Positions 31,311 through 41,000 of a stretch of 64,000 nucleotides of DNA are shown one piece after another. The notes beneath the pieces are model-generated. The model was not told the origin of the DNA, ran no database searches, and was given only the letters and a program-made list of their open reading frames with translations. Every line of letters starts with the position of its first letter. Position 1 is the stretch's first letter. This DNA comes from Myxococcales bacterium (lineage in GTDB: Bacteria > Myxococcota_A > Polyangia > Polyangiales > DASUME01), in NCBI GenBank assembly GCA_047601445.1, contig JASGJH010000001.1:544001-608000 (forward strand), in the 5' to 3' direction. The position numbers and the translations under genes were made by a program.

Positions 31311-31742
31311 CTAGTCGTCGCGTGAGACCTTGGAGCGGCCAGCCTTGGTGCGGGCGCGCTGCTTCTTCTCGTCCACACGGCGAGCTTTGGCGGCGCGACT
31401 CGGCTTGGTGGCCACACGCCTCTTGGGTCTGGTCATGGCGCGCTCGAGCAGTGCCACCAGCTTGGCCTTGACCTCGTCCAGATTACGGCCTTGCTCGCGG
31501 TACTCCTGGCTCACCACCAGGATGCAGCCCTCGGCGTCCACGTTGCGGCCCGCCAGTGCCACCAGGCGCAGGCGCGTCCCCTCGTCGATCCACTCGACCT
31601 TGCGCGGATCGAACAGCATCTGCACCTTGCTCTCGGTGCGGTTCACGTGCTGGCCGCCCGGCCCTTGAGCGCGCGCCGTGCGGATGCTGAAGGACGCCGC
31701 GGGAATCGAGCGGCGTGCGCCGATGGGAATGTCCTGAGCCAT
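31311..31742 (-). CDS. arfB: Alternative ribosome-rescue peptidyl-tRNA hydrolase
   Basis: GPGGQHVNRTESKV, REQGRN, basic tail PKRRVATKPSRAAKARRVDEKK. Confidence 0.92.
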   Translation of the reverse strand: MAQDIPIGARRSIPAASFSIRTARAQGPGGQHVNRTESKVQMLFDPRKVEWIDEGTRLRLVALAGRNVDAEGCILVVSQEYREQGRNLDEVKAKLVALLERAMTRPKRRVATKPSRAAKARRVDEKKQRARTKAGRSKVSRDD

Positions 31743-31955
31743 GGTCTGTCCACGTTTTAGCAGCCTGGCTCACACGCCAACGCTGCGCGGCGAGGTTCTC
31801 CTGAACGCTCACTGTTCCACGGAATTGTGGGCGAGATCGAGTATTTGGCGTCACCAGTGAGCGCCTCGGCGGCAACTCTGCAGTGCCAGCGAAGGTTGTG
31901 CACTTTCTACGCGAGAACCTCTAGTGTGGCGCCGCAGCTGAAGCTGGAGGTTCAT

Positions 31956-32714
31956 GTGGTTCGACGGGTCTTGTTCGCGGCTTGTTTGTTCGCCGGTTGT
32001 GCAGCTCCCGCCAAGACGGTCCAGGTCGTCGAGTACACCCCGCGCAAGCCGGTGGTTCAGCGTCCGCCCGAGCCTACCCATGAAGAGCGCGCGGCACGCG
32101 CCGACGCGCGCGTGGCGGTGCGAGGCATCGAAGGCACGCTCTCGAACTACGACGTGCGCTACACGATGGAGAAGCGAGGCGCAGAGTTCGGCGCTTGTCA
32201 CGAGCCGCGCGCGCGCCGCATGCCTCGCCTCGCTGGGAACATCGAGTTCGCCATCAAGGTCACGCCCGAGGGGGCCGTGAGCCAGGTCCAGGTACGCAAC
32301 TCGGACGTGGGTGATCGCGCTCTCGAGCGCTGCTTCGTCGACGTGATCTCGAGCACGCCCTTTCCGCGTCCCAACGGCGGTGAGGCCAACGTGACCTGGA
32401 GCATGATCCTGGGACCGTTGCGCCCCGGCAAGGACCCTGAGCTTTGGGAGCAGCAGCGCATCGAACGTGTGTTGGCCAAGGAGGCTCCCGAGCTGCGCGA
32501 GAGTTGTGCGGTCCCGACCGACGGCTCCTATCTGATCACGGCCTGGGTGAACAAGCGGGGGCGTGTGGTGACGGCCGGTGTCTCTGCGCCGAACGGCAGC
32601 GAGCCCGCCACGCTCGACTGCTTGGCCCAGGGCCTGCGCTCCTGGAAAATGCCCAAGCCCAGGAAGAACACGCTCGCCAAGATTAGCTTTCCGCTCGGCT
32701 CTCAAGAGATGTGA
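31956..32714 (+). CDS. Lipoprotein with AgmX/PglI (TonB-C-like) domains
   Basis: GGAGG RBS then GTG; LFAGC lipobox; C..LAGNIEFAIKVTPEGAV...ERC....FPRP pattern, with a second copy at the C-terminus. Confidence 0.75.
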   Translation: MVRRVLFAACLFAGCAAPAKTVQVVEYTPRKPVVQRPPEPTHEERAARADARVAVRGIEGTLSNYDVRYTMEKRGAEFGACHEPRARRMPRLAGNIEFAIKVTPEGAVSQVQVRNSDVGDRALERCFVDVISSTPFPRPNGGEANVTWSMILGPLRPGKDPELWEQQRIERVLAKEAPELRESCAVPTDGSYLITAWVNKRGRVVTAGVSAPNGSEPATLDCLAQGLRSWKMPKPRKNTLAKISFPLGSQEM

Positions 32715-34200
32715 AGCGCCGCGATGGCAGCGGCCAGGTGTGCACGGGCCGTCCGCTTTCCCCCAGGGCCAGGTAGTGCTCGAGGGCGGCCACGAAGGCC
32801 TCGTTCATGGGCAGGGAGCGCGCGTGGTGTTCGAGCAGCGCGCGCTGCACTTGGGCGCCGGTGTGCATCGACTCGGTGCGCAGCCGGATCAGCTCCAAAA
32901 AGGGGCCATAATCGCTCTCGTGCACGCCCGCCGAGGCGAGTCCTCGAGCGGCCTCGGGTAGCAGCCAGAACACCAGCTCGCGGGCGCCTCGCGCGCGTAA
33001 GGAACCGTGGGCGTCGGGCCAGCTCAGCTCGGCGAGCAGGCCGCGCTTGGCAGCGGCGTAGAAGTTCCGGGACGCGGCCTCGAAGGGCATGACGCGCACG
33101 AGCTCGTCCATGTGCTCCGCGAGGCTCAGCGTGAGCCCGAGCGTGAAGGCCGCGTTGGCCACCATGTCTGCGACCGTGGGGCCGGCCGGCAAGGAGCGAT
33201 GCTCGATCCGGAGGTGTCCGCCGTCCACGGGATCGTACACCGCGCGGTTCCAGCTCCAGACCGTGCTGTGGTGAAGCCTGAGTACCTCGAGCTCGGGAGC
33301 TTGGCCGTGCGCGAGCTGGCTGAAGGGGTCGTCGCCGCGCGTCACAGGTAGCACCACGTCGTGATCGATGGCGCCGCCCATGAAGGGGTCGATGGGATGC
33401 GCGATCCAGTTCTTTCCGAAGGAGACCCGTGAGCGCCCGCGCTCGGACTCTCGCGGATCGGTACGCACGTCGACCGCCTGCTTGAAGAGCGCCACCCGGG
33501 TCTCCTCCCACAATCGATGCTGCGCAAAGAAAGGTGAGTTGCCGGCCACCGCTAGCACCGGGGCCGCCGCCAGCTGGGCCGCGTTGTAGTGGTGCACAAA
33601 GCTGTGGGCCGGCACGCGCAGGTGAATCTGGAAGGAGGTGTTGGCGCCCTCCAGGCTCACGTCGTCTACCCTTAGCTGCAAGCTGTCTCGGCCCTCGATG
33701 TGCACGCGAAAGGGCTCGCCGCGCTTGCGTCGCAGGGCCTTGGAGAGCGCATGGTAGCGAGGCCGGTCGCTGAAGGCCTGCAGCCCCAGATCGTCGAGCC
33801 GCAGGGTCGGCAGGATGCCCACGATGGCGACGCGCGCTCCTTGCTCGGCTGCGGCCGAGCGCAGGCGGGCCACGGCACGCTCCAACTGCGAGCGCATGTC
33901 GGCGAAGGGACGTCCGCGCAACAGGGCGGGCTGCGCGTTGAACTCGAGGTTGAAGCGATTGATCTCGACCGTCACCTGCGGATCGGCGAGACGGGCGAGG
34001 ACCTCCTCATTGCATGCCTTGGGTTGCCCGGCGTCGTCGATGAGGTTCACCTCGAGCTCCGTGCCCACGCTGAGCGGTCCCAGACCGAAGTCCCGGCGCG
34101 AGAGGACCTGCGCGAGGGCGCCGAGATCCGCTGCGAGACGATCCCGGAAGCGCACGTAATCGTGGGGGGAGAAGTCGGTGCGATCGATCGAAATGCCCAT
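32683..34200 (-). CDS. Glutamate-cysteine ligase family 2 (GCS2) protein
   Basis: VGTELEVNL, EINRFNLE, GILPTL, NTSFQIHL, GNSPF, LWEETRVALFKQAVD, WNRAVY, HLRIEHR. Confidence 0.88.
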   Translation of the reverse strand: MGISIDRTDFSPHDYVRFRDRLAADLGALAQVLSRRDFGLGPLSVGTELEVNLIDDAGQPKACNEEVLARLADPQVTVEINRFNLEFNAQPALLRGRPFADMRSQLERAVARLRSAAAEQGARVAIVGILPTLRLDDLGLQAFSDRPRYHALSKALRRKRGEPFRVHIEGRDSLQLRVDDVSLEGANTSFQIHLRVPAHSFVHHYNAAQLAAAPVLAVAGNSPFFAQHRLWEETRVALFKQAVDVRTDPRESERGRSRVSFGKNWIAHPIDPFMGGAIDHDVVLPVTRGDDPFSQLAHGQAPELEVLRLHHSTVWSWNRAVYDPVDGGHLRIEHRSLPAGPTVADMVANAAFTLGLTLSLAEHMDELVRVMPFEAASRNFYAAAKRGLLAELSWPDAHGSLRARGARELVFWLLPEAARGLASAGVHESDYGPFLELIRLRTESMHTGAQVQRALLEHHARSLPMNEAFVAALEHYLALGESGRPVHTWPLPSRRFTSLESRAES

Positions 34201-34293
34201 TGCGTCTGGCTGGAAGTAGGCGCTGCCAGCGCCCTCGCTATGCAAGGGAAGCGCGGGCAGGGGGCCTTGCGCATCGCGCTCACGATCCTATTT

Positions 34294-34305
34294 TCAGTCG
34301 TATGA
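34294..34305. promoter_or_regulatory. Possible TetR operator at the start of the exporter operon
   Basis: Imperfect palindrome TCA-GT-CG-TA-TGA overlapping the TATTTT -10-like box and the ATG. Confidence 0.3.
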
Positions 34306-35276
34306 TCCAAAACTGGTCGGCTCGCCATCTCGCGATAATTGCGACTGTTTTTGTGTCGGCATGCACGCGCGAGCCGGTCATCTCCGAGGGCGCCTTCCAG
34401 GGAGTGGTGGAGCTCGATGTGATCACGCTTTCCTTCGAGGTCCCGGGACGCGTCGAGCGCGTGAACGTCGCGGAGGGGCAGGCCTTGCAGGGCGCCACCG
34501 TGCTGGCCGAGCTCGACGAGACCATGGCGCGCGCAGAGCGTGAGGCGCGCGCGGCGGATCTGGAGGCTGCCAAGGCGCAGCTGGAGCTACTCGAGGCTGG
34601 CGCGCGCAGCGAGGACATCAAGGCCATCGAGGTGGAGCTCAACAGCGTGCGCGACCAGGAGGTCGTGCTCGCGCGCCAACGTCAGCGGCAGGAGCAGCTC
34701 ACGCGCAGCGGCGCCGCGGCCAGCGCCAGCCTCGATGACCTGGACACGCGCGCGAGTACGCTGGCTGGTCGACGCGACGTGTTGGAGCAGCGTCTGCGCG
34801 GCATGCGGGCCGGCGCGCGCCGGCAGGAACTCGAGGCCGCGCGCGCCAAGGTCAAGGCCCTCGAAGCCGCGCTATTGGCCGCCGACGTGCGGCTCGGACG
34901 CTTCAAGCTCGGCTACGAGGGAAGCGCCGAGGTCCTTGAGAACCATGTCAAAGGCGGGGAGTACGTGAACGCGGGCGCCCCTGCTTTCACCATCGCGGAC
35001 CTGGACCATCCGTACGTGGACATCTTCGTGCCCCAGGCCCACATCGCTTCGATTCACGTCGGGATGCCGATGTCGGTCCGGGTGGATTCGCTCGCGCGAG
35101 CGGTGGCGGGCAAGGTGGAGCGGGTGGGGCGGCAGACCGAGTTCACGCCACGCTTTCTCTTCAGCGAGAAGGAGCGCGTGAATCTGGTGATTCGCGTGCG
35201 CGTACGAGTGGAGGATCGCAAGCACGAGCTGAAGGCGGGCGTACCGGCATTCGTGAAAATGGGGGAGGCATCATGA
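34302..35276 (+). CDS. HlyD-family membrane fusion protein (YbhG-like)
   Basis: Lipobox-like FVSAC, GRVERVNVAEG, GARSEDI coiled coil, EFTPR, LKAGVPA. Confidence 0.88.
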   Translation: MIQNWSARHLAIIATVFVSACTREPVISEGAFQGVVELDVITLSFEVPGRVERVNVAEGQALQGATVLAELDETMARAEREARAADLEAAKAQLELLEAGARSEDIKAIEVELNSVRDQEVVLARQRQRQEQLTRSGAAASASLDDLDTRASTLAGRRDVLEQRLRGMRAGARRQELEAARAKVKALEAALLAADVRLGRFKLGYEGSAEVLENHVKGGEYVNAGAPAFTIADLDHPYVDIFVPQAHIASIHVGMPMSVRVDSLARAVAGKVERVGRQTEFTPRFLFSEKERVNLVIRVRVRVEDRKHELKAGVPAFVKMGEAS

Positions 35277-36286
35277 GCTCGCCAGAGCGAGAGGGAGCGC
35301 CTGCGCAACGCGAACTGGTGATCCAGATATCGCATCTGTCGCGTCGGTTCGGCTCGATCATGGCGGTGCGCGATGTTTCCCTCGAGGTGCGCCGCGGCGA
35401 AATCTTCGGGGTTCTCGGGCCCAACGGTGCAGGCAAATCCACCACCATTCGCATGCTGTGCGGCATCCTCGATCCGAGCGGAGGCAGCGGCATGGTGGTC
35501 GGCTACGACCTCTTGACGCAGTCCGAGCTGATCAAGACGCGCATCGGCTACATGACTCAGCGCTTCAGCCTCTACGAGGACCTGACGGTGGAGGAGAACC
35601 TGCGCTTCTACGCGGGGATCTACGGGGTCAAGCGTGCCGAACGCAAGCAACGCATCGAGGCCATCCTGGCGCGTACCGGCCTGGGCGAGCGTCGGCAGCA
35701 AATCGCGGGCACGCTCTCGGGAGGTTGGAAGCAACGCGTGGCGCTGGCCTGCTCCACCGTGCACGAGCCGCCGCTCCTGTTCCTGGATGAGCCGACGGCA
35801 GGCGTGGACCCGGTGAGCCGCCGTCAGTTCTGGAACCAGATCCACCGGGTGGCTGCCGAAGGAACCACCGTGGTGGTGACCACGCACTACATGGACGAAG
35901 CCGAGCGTTGCCATCGCCTGGCCTTCATCTTCCGTGGCGAAGTGCTGGCGGTGGGCACACCGCGCGAAGTGGTCGAGGCGCGCGGTCTGTCGGTGGTCGA
36001 GGTGGTCTGCGAGGAGTCGGTGCGCGCTGCGGACGCGCTCCACGATCATGGTGTGGTCGACGAAGTCACGTTCCTCGGCGAGGTCATGCGTGTGGCCCTG
36101 CGCGGATGTGCCGACCCGGAGGGCTTCGTGCGCGCGAGACTCGAGGAGCACGGGATTCCCTTTCGCGACCTGCACGTGGGGCGCGCCAACGTGGAGGACG
36201 CCTTCGTGTCCATGGTGCGCGCCGAACAAGCCCGCGAAGATGCCGCGGCCGCGCACGGTGCGGGGCAAGTCAGGAGCACGTCATGA
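35273..36286 (+). CDS. ABC transporter ATP-binding protein (YbhF-like)
   Basis: GPNGAGKST, LSGGWKQR, FLDEPTAGVDP, TTHYMDEAE. Confidence 0.95.
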   Translation: MSSPEREGAPAQRELVIQISHLSRRFGSIMAVRDVSLEVRRGEIFGVLGPNGAGKSTTIRMLCGILDPSGGSGMVVGYDLLTQSELIKTRIGYMTQRFSLYEDLTVEENLRFYAGIYGVKRAERKQRIEAILARTGLGERRQQIAGTLSGGWKQRVALACSTVHEPPLLFLDEPTAGVDPVSRRQFWNQIHRVAAEGTTVVVTTHYMDEAERCHRLAFIFRGEVLAVGTPREVVEARGLSVVEVVCEESVRAADALHDHGVVDEVTFLGEVMRVALRGCADPEGFVRARLEEHGIPFRDLHVGRANVEDAFVSMVRAEQAREDAAAAHGAGQVRSTS

Positions 36287-37407
36287 CGCGCTTCTTGGCC
36301 ATCGCTTGGAAAGAGCTGATTCAGCTGCGCCGCGACAAGCCGACGCTGGCGATGATGGCGGCTTTGCCCGTGATGCAGTTGATGCTTTTCGGGTACGCCA
36401 TCAACACCGATGTCCGCAACATTCCCACGGTGATCTACGACCAAGATCGCTCGGCCGAGTCTCGCGATTTCGTGCGGCGCCTGGAGGTCACGGGCTTTTA
36501 TACGCTCAAGGGCAACGTGCAGAGCTACGACGAGGTCCAGCGCGAGATGCGCTCGGGCCGCGCGCGTGTGTCGGTGGTCCTGCCTCCCGATTTCTCCGAG
36601 CGCCTCCATGCGGGGCAGGGCACGGCTGTCCAGTTGGTGGTGGATGGCTCGGATCCACAGACGGTCGCCAGCGCCACCAACACCGCCGCATCCTTGTCGA
36701 TCTCGCGCTCGCTCGAGCTGATGGTGCAGCGTCTCTCGCACAGCGCGCTGCACGTCAATCCCAATCCCATCTCGCTCGAGCCCGTGACTTGGTACAACCC
36801 GGAGCTGCGCACCGCGGTCTACGTGGTACCCGGCTTGGTCGGGGTCATCCTGACGATGACCATGATCATGCTCACCTCGATGGCCATCGCCCGTGAGCGC
36901 GAGCGCGGCACGCTCGAGCAGCTGATCGTCTCGCCGGTGCGCCGGATCGAGTTGATCGTCGGCAAGATCGCGCCCTATGTGGTCATCGGCTATCTGCAGA
37001 TGTCGATCGTCTTCCTGGTGGGGCGTGTGGTCTTCCGGATGCCCTTCGCAGGCTCCATCGGGCTCTTGTACAGCTTGGCCTCGGTGTTCATCGCGGCGAA
37101 CCTCGCGCTCGGCCTGTTCTTCTCGACCCTCGCGCGCACCCAGCAACAAGCCATGCAGATGTCGTTCTTCTTCATGCTCCCCAACATCTTGCTGAGCGGC
37201 TTCATGTTTCCCTTCGAAGCCATGCCCAGACCCGCGCAGTGGCTCTCGCAGGCGCTCCCCCTCACGCACTTCATGCGCATCGTCCGCGGCATCATCCTCA
37301 AGGGCGCCGGGTTCTCCGACGTGGCGTCCGAGCTGGTCTGGCTCGCTTGCATCCTCGGCGTGCTGATCACGCTGGCGGCGCTCCGCTTCACCAAGAAGCT
37401 GGTGTAG
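36283..37407 (+). CDS. ABC-2 type permease (YbhR/S-like)
   Basis: KELIQLRRD, FGYAINTD, VDGSD, WYNPEL, RERERGTLEQL, LSGFMFP; ATGA coupling. Confidence 0.93.
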   Translation: MTRFLAIAWKELIQLRRDKPTLAMMAALPVMQLMLFGYAINTDVRNIPTVIYDQDRSAESRDFVRRLEVTGFYTLKGNVQSYDEVQREMRSGRARVSVVLPPDFSERLHAGQGTAVQLVVDGSDPQTVASATNTAASLSISRSLELMVQRLSHSALHVNPNPISLEPVTWYNPELRTAVYVVPGLVGVILTMTMIMLTSMAIARERERGTLEQLIVSPVRRIELIVGKIAPYVVIGYLQMSIVFLVGRVVFRMPFAGSIGLLYSLASVFIAANLALGLFFSTLARTQQQAMQMSFFFMLPNILLSGFMFPFEAMPRPAQWLSQALPLTHFMRIVRGIILKGAGFSDVASELVWLACILGVLITLAALRFTKKLV

Positions 37408-37409
37408 CC

Positions 37410-38039
37410 GTGGCGCGTCCCGCGAGCGACATCGCCGAGCGCGTCGTGGTGGCTGCCCGCGCCCGTTTCTTGGCCGAGGGAGTGGCTGGCGCATCGCTGC
37501 GCGCGATCGCGCGTGACGCGGGCACCAACCTGGGCATGGTCTACTACTACTTCTCCACCAAGGACGCGTTGTTCATGGCCGTGGTGGAGGAGGTGTACGC
37601 CAAGCTGCTCGACGACCTGGCCCGGGTGCTGGCGGCCGCGGGCCCGAACTTGGAGCGACAGGTGCGGGCGCTGTACGGCCGGCTCGCCGAGCTGAGCGAG
37701 CTGGAGGTCGATGTCCTCGGATTGGTCCTGCGGGAGGCACTTGGCTCCTCGAGCCGGGCGGCTGGCCTGTTCGCGCGCTTTGCGCGTGGGCACATCCCCC
37801 TTTTGGTGAGCGTGTTCACGCAGGCCCAGGCACGGGACGAGGCTCGGCGCGAGTTGCCCCCGCTGGTGCTGGTGATCGGGACGCTCGCCGCGGGGATCCT
37901 GCCCCAGTTGCTGCGGCGCCGCCTCGAGACGGCCGAGGTGCCCGTTTCGGACCTGCTACCCGGCCCAAAGGAGTTGGCTGATTTGCTGTCAAAGTTGGTT
38001 CTCAACGGAATGTCAAAAAGTGTCGACAAGCGTTGGTGA
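37410..38039 (+). CDS. TetR/AcrR regulator (CecR-like position in exporter operon)
   Basis: HTH ASLRAIARDAGTNLGMVYYYFSTKDAL; GTG 2 nt after the permease stop. Confidence 0.85.
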   Translation: MARPASDIAERVVVAARARFLAEGVAGASLRAIARDAGTNLGMVYYYFSTKDALFMAVVEEVYAKLLDDLARVLAAAGPNLERQVRALYGRLAELSELEVDVLGLVLREALGSSSRAAGLFARFARGHIPLLVSVFTQAQARDEARRELPPLVLVIGTLAAGILPQLLRRRLETAEVPVSDLLPGPKELADLLSKLVLNGMSKSVDKRW

Positions 38040-38095
38040 AACTCGCTCGTGGTGAATCGGAAACGTAAGCTCCGAGTCGAGGCCTCCGGTCCAGA

Positions 38096-41000
38096 TTGAC
38101 CGACCCAGTCGGTGAGGCCAGACAAGCGCCCTTTCGGACACCCCGGGGGCGCTCAGACGTTCCCGGAATCGAAGCAGGCGGAGCTCCCGTGATATTCGAA
38201 GACCCCTCTCGTAGGCGATGGCGTGCGGCCGTAGCTGGATTCGTGCTCATCGTCAGCGGCGTGCTCGGCGTGATCGCGCTGGCCGCCATGGGCGTGCTGA
38301 CGCCGGTCGACCTTCCGAACATCTTCGAGAAGCGTCCCAGTGTGAGGGCGCGGGAGCTGAGCCGCTGGCACGACAGCTACGTCAAGCCGGTCTACTCGGC
38401 CAAGCAGATGAAGGTGCTGGCACGTAAGCGCGCGGTGGAGCAGCGTCGACGCGCCAAGGTGGTGCAGGACGCGGCCGACACCGTGCTACCCCTGCCCGAG
38501 CACGCCGTGGTGGCCTTCAGCGTGCGCGATGACTCGGCTGCACAGGCGTCCCTGGAGCGGCACATCAAAGAGATCGACGTCGTGATCCCCGACTGGTTCA
38601 GCGCGGCAGGGCCGGGCTGCGCCATCGAGGAGCATATCGACGCACCGAGCCAGCGCATCTTGGCCAGCACCGACGTGCTCGTGCTGCCGCGCATCGCGAA
38701 CCTCTCGGGCCAGACCTGGCGAGGTGAGTCCTTCGCCGCGATGATGCGCGACGACGTCCAGCGCGGCTGTTTCGTCGACAAGCTGACGAAGCGCCTGGTG
38801 GATCTGGGAGCCGATGGCGTCAACGTCGACGTGGAGGAGTTGGCGCCCGAGGATTCCGAGCCGCTGCTCGAGCTGCTGGTGGATCTCAAGAACGCGCTGC
38901 ACGCCCGCGGTATGCGCCTGACGGTGGACGTCGCCTTCTACGATACGGCCTACGACCTCGAGTTCATCGGGCAGGTGGCCGACGCTGTGTTCGTGATGGG
39001 GTACGACCAGCACTATCCGGCCTCCGAGCCGGGGCCGGTGTCCGGTCGCAAGTGGTTCAATGAGTCGGTCCAGGCGGCGCTCACGCGCGTCAATGCGGAC
39101 CGCCTGGTCGTGGCCATCGGCGCCTACTGTTACGACTGGATCGTCGCGGAGAACGCGCCCGCCGCGGAGAGCCTCTCCTTCCGCGAGGCCATGGACCGCG
39201 CACGGGCGGCCGGGGCGGTGCCGGAGTTCGAGCGCGACGCCGAGAACGCGCGTTTCGGATACAGCGACGCGCAACAGCAGGTCCACGAAGTATGGTGCCA
39301 GGACGCGCTGAGCGCCTGGAACCAGACGGCCACGCTGGCCGACCACGGCATCTCGCGGGTGGCGTTGTGGCGCCTGGGAACCGAAGACGAGACTCTGTGG
39401 AGCTTCCTGGGCGCGAAGCAGCGGCCGGCGGCCGCGAGCGTGCTGTCCACGATTCAGCAGACCCGCTCGGTGGACTTGTTCGGAGAAGGCGAGGTGCTCA
39501 CCATCCGTTCCGAGCCCACGCCCGGCAAGCGCTCCATGGAGGTGGACGGTCGTAACCGTGTCTCCTACGCGCGCTACGAACAGGCGCCCACGGGCTTCCT
39601 GGTCGAGCGGCGCGGGTCGCAGGCCAAGGACCTCGTGCTCACCTTCGACGACGGACCTGACCCGAAATGGACGCCGGGGGTGTTGAAGGCGCTCAAGGAG
39701 CTGGAAGTCCCCGGTACGTTCTTCGTGGTCGGCGATCAGGCCATGCAGTATCCGGATTTGGTCGCGGACATCGATCGCGCGGGTCACCTGATCGGCAATC
39801 ACACCTTCAGCCATCCCCATCTCGATCGACTGACGCCCGCCGAAACCGTGGTGGAGCTCAACGCCACCGCACGCTTGCTCGAGGGCCTCACGGGCACGCG
39901 CTCGCCGCTGTTCCGCGCGCCGTACACGGCCAACGTCGACCCGAGTCGGCCCGAGGACCTGGGCCCCCTGCGCGTTGCCCTGCAGAACGGCTATGTGTTC
40001 GTTGGCGCCAACGTGGACCCGCTCGACTGGGACTCGCCTGGACCTCAGGTCATCGCGCAGCGCATGGTGGAGCAAGCGGAGCAGGGGGGACGCGTCGTCT
40101 TGTTGCACGACGGCGGCGGCGAGCGCGCGGATACCATCGCGGCCCTGCGCATCGCGGTGCCCGAGCTGCGCAAGCGCGGCTACCGCTTCGTGTCGGTGGA
40201 TCAGTACATGGGCGTTGCGCGCGCCGAGCTCGTGGAGCCCCTGAGCCCCAAGGAACACGCCCTGGCGTGGGGAAACCTCAGTGTGGCGCGCGCGCGTAGC
40301 TGGGGTTGGCTGTTGCTCGAGCTACTGTTCGTGGGCTGCACGATTCTCGCCGTGGTGCGTGTGATCATGCTGGGCGCGCTTACGCTCGCCCAGGCGCGAA
40401 AGCGCGAGACCACGCGCCGTGAAGGTTACGAGCCGCTGGTGACGGTACTGGTCCCCGCGTTCAACGAGGGACTCGTCATCGACCGCACCATCGACACGCT
40501 GCTCAACACGGGATACGAGAAGCTCGAAATCCTGATCATCGACGACGGCTCCAGCGACGACACGGCAGAGGTCGTGGAGCAGCGCTCGCTCAAGGACGCG
40601 CGCGTGCGCCTCTTGCGTAAGGCCAACGGCGGTAAGGCCCACGCGGCCAACGCAGGCCTTGCAGTGGCGAATGGCGAGATCGTCGTGGCGGTGGACGCCG
40701 ACACCTTGATCCTTCCTGGCGCGATCGAGCGTCTCGTGGCGCACTTCGGCGATCCCGAGGTCACTGCGGTCTGCGGCAACGTCGAAGTCGGCAACGTCAA
40801 CTCGTGGCTCACGCGTTTTCAGGCCATCGAGTACGTCACGAGCCAGAACTTCGACCGTCGCGCCTTCGCGCTGCTGAACTCCATCAGCGTGGTCCCGGGA
40901 GCGCTCGGTGCTTGGCGCCGGGACGCGGTGCTCAAGGTGGGGGGCTACAGCTCCGATACGCTCACCGAGGACGCCGACCTGACGCTCACCATGCTGCGCG

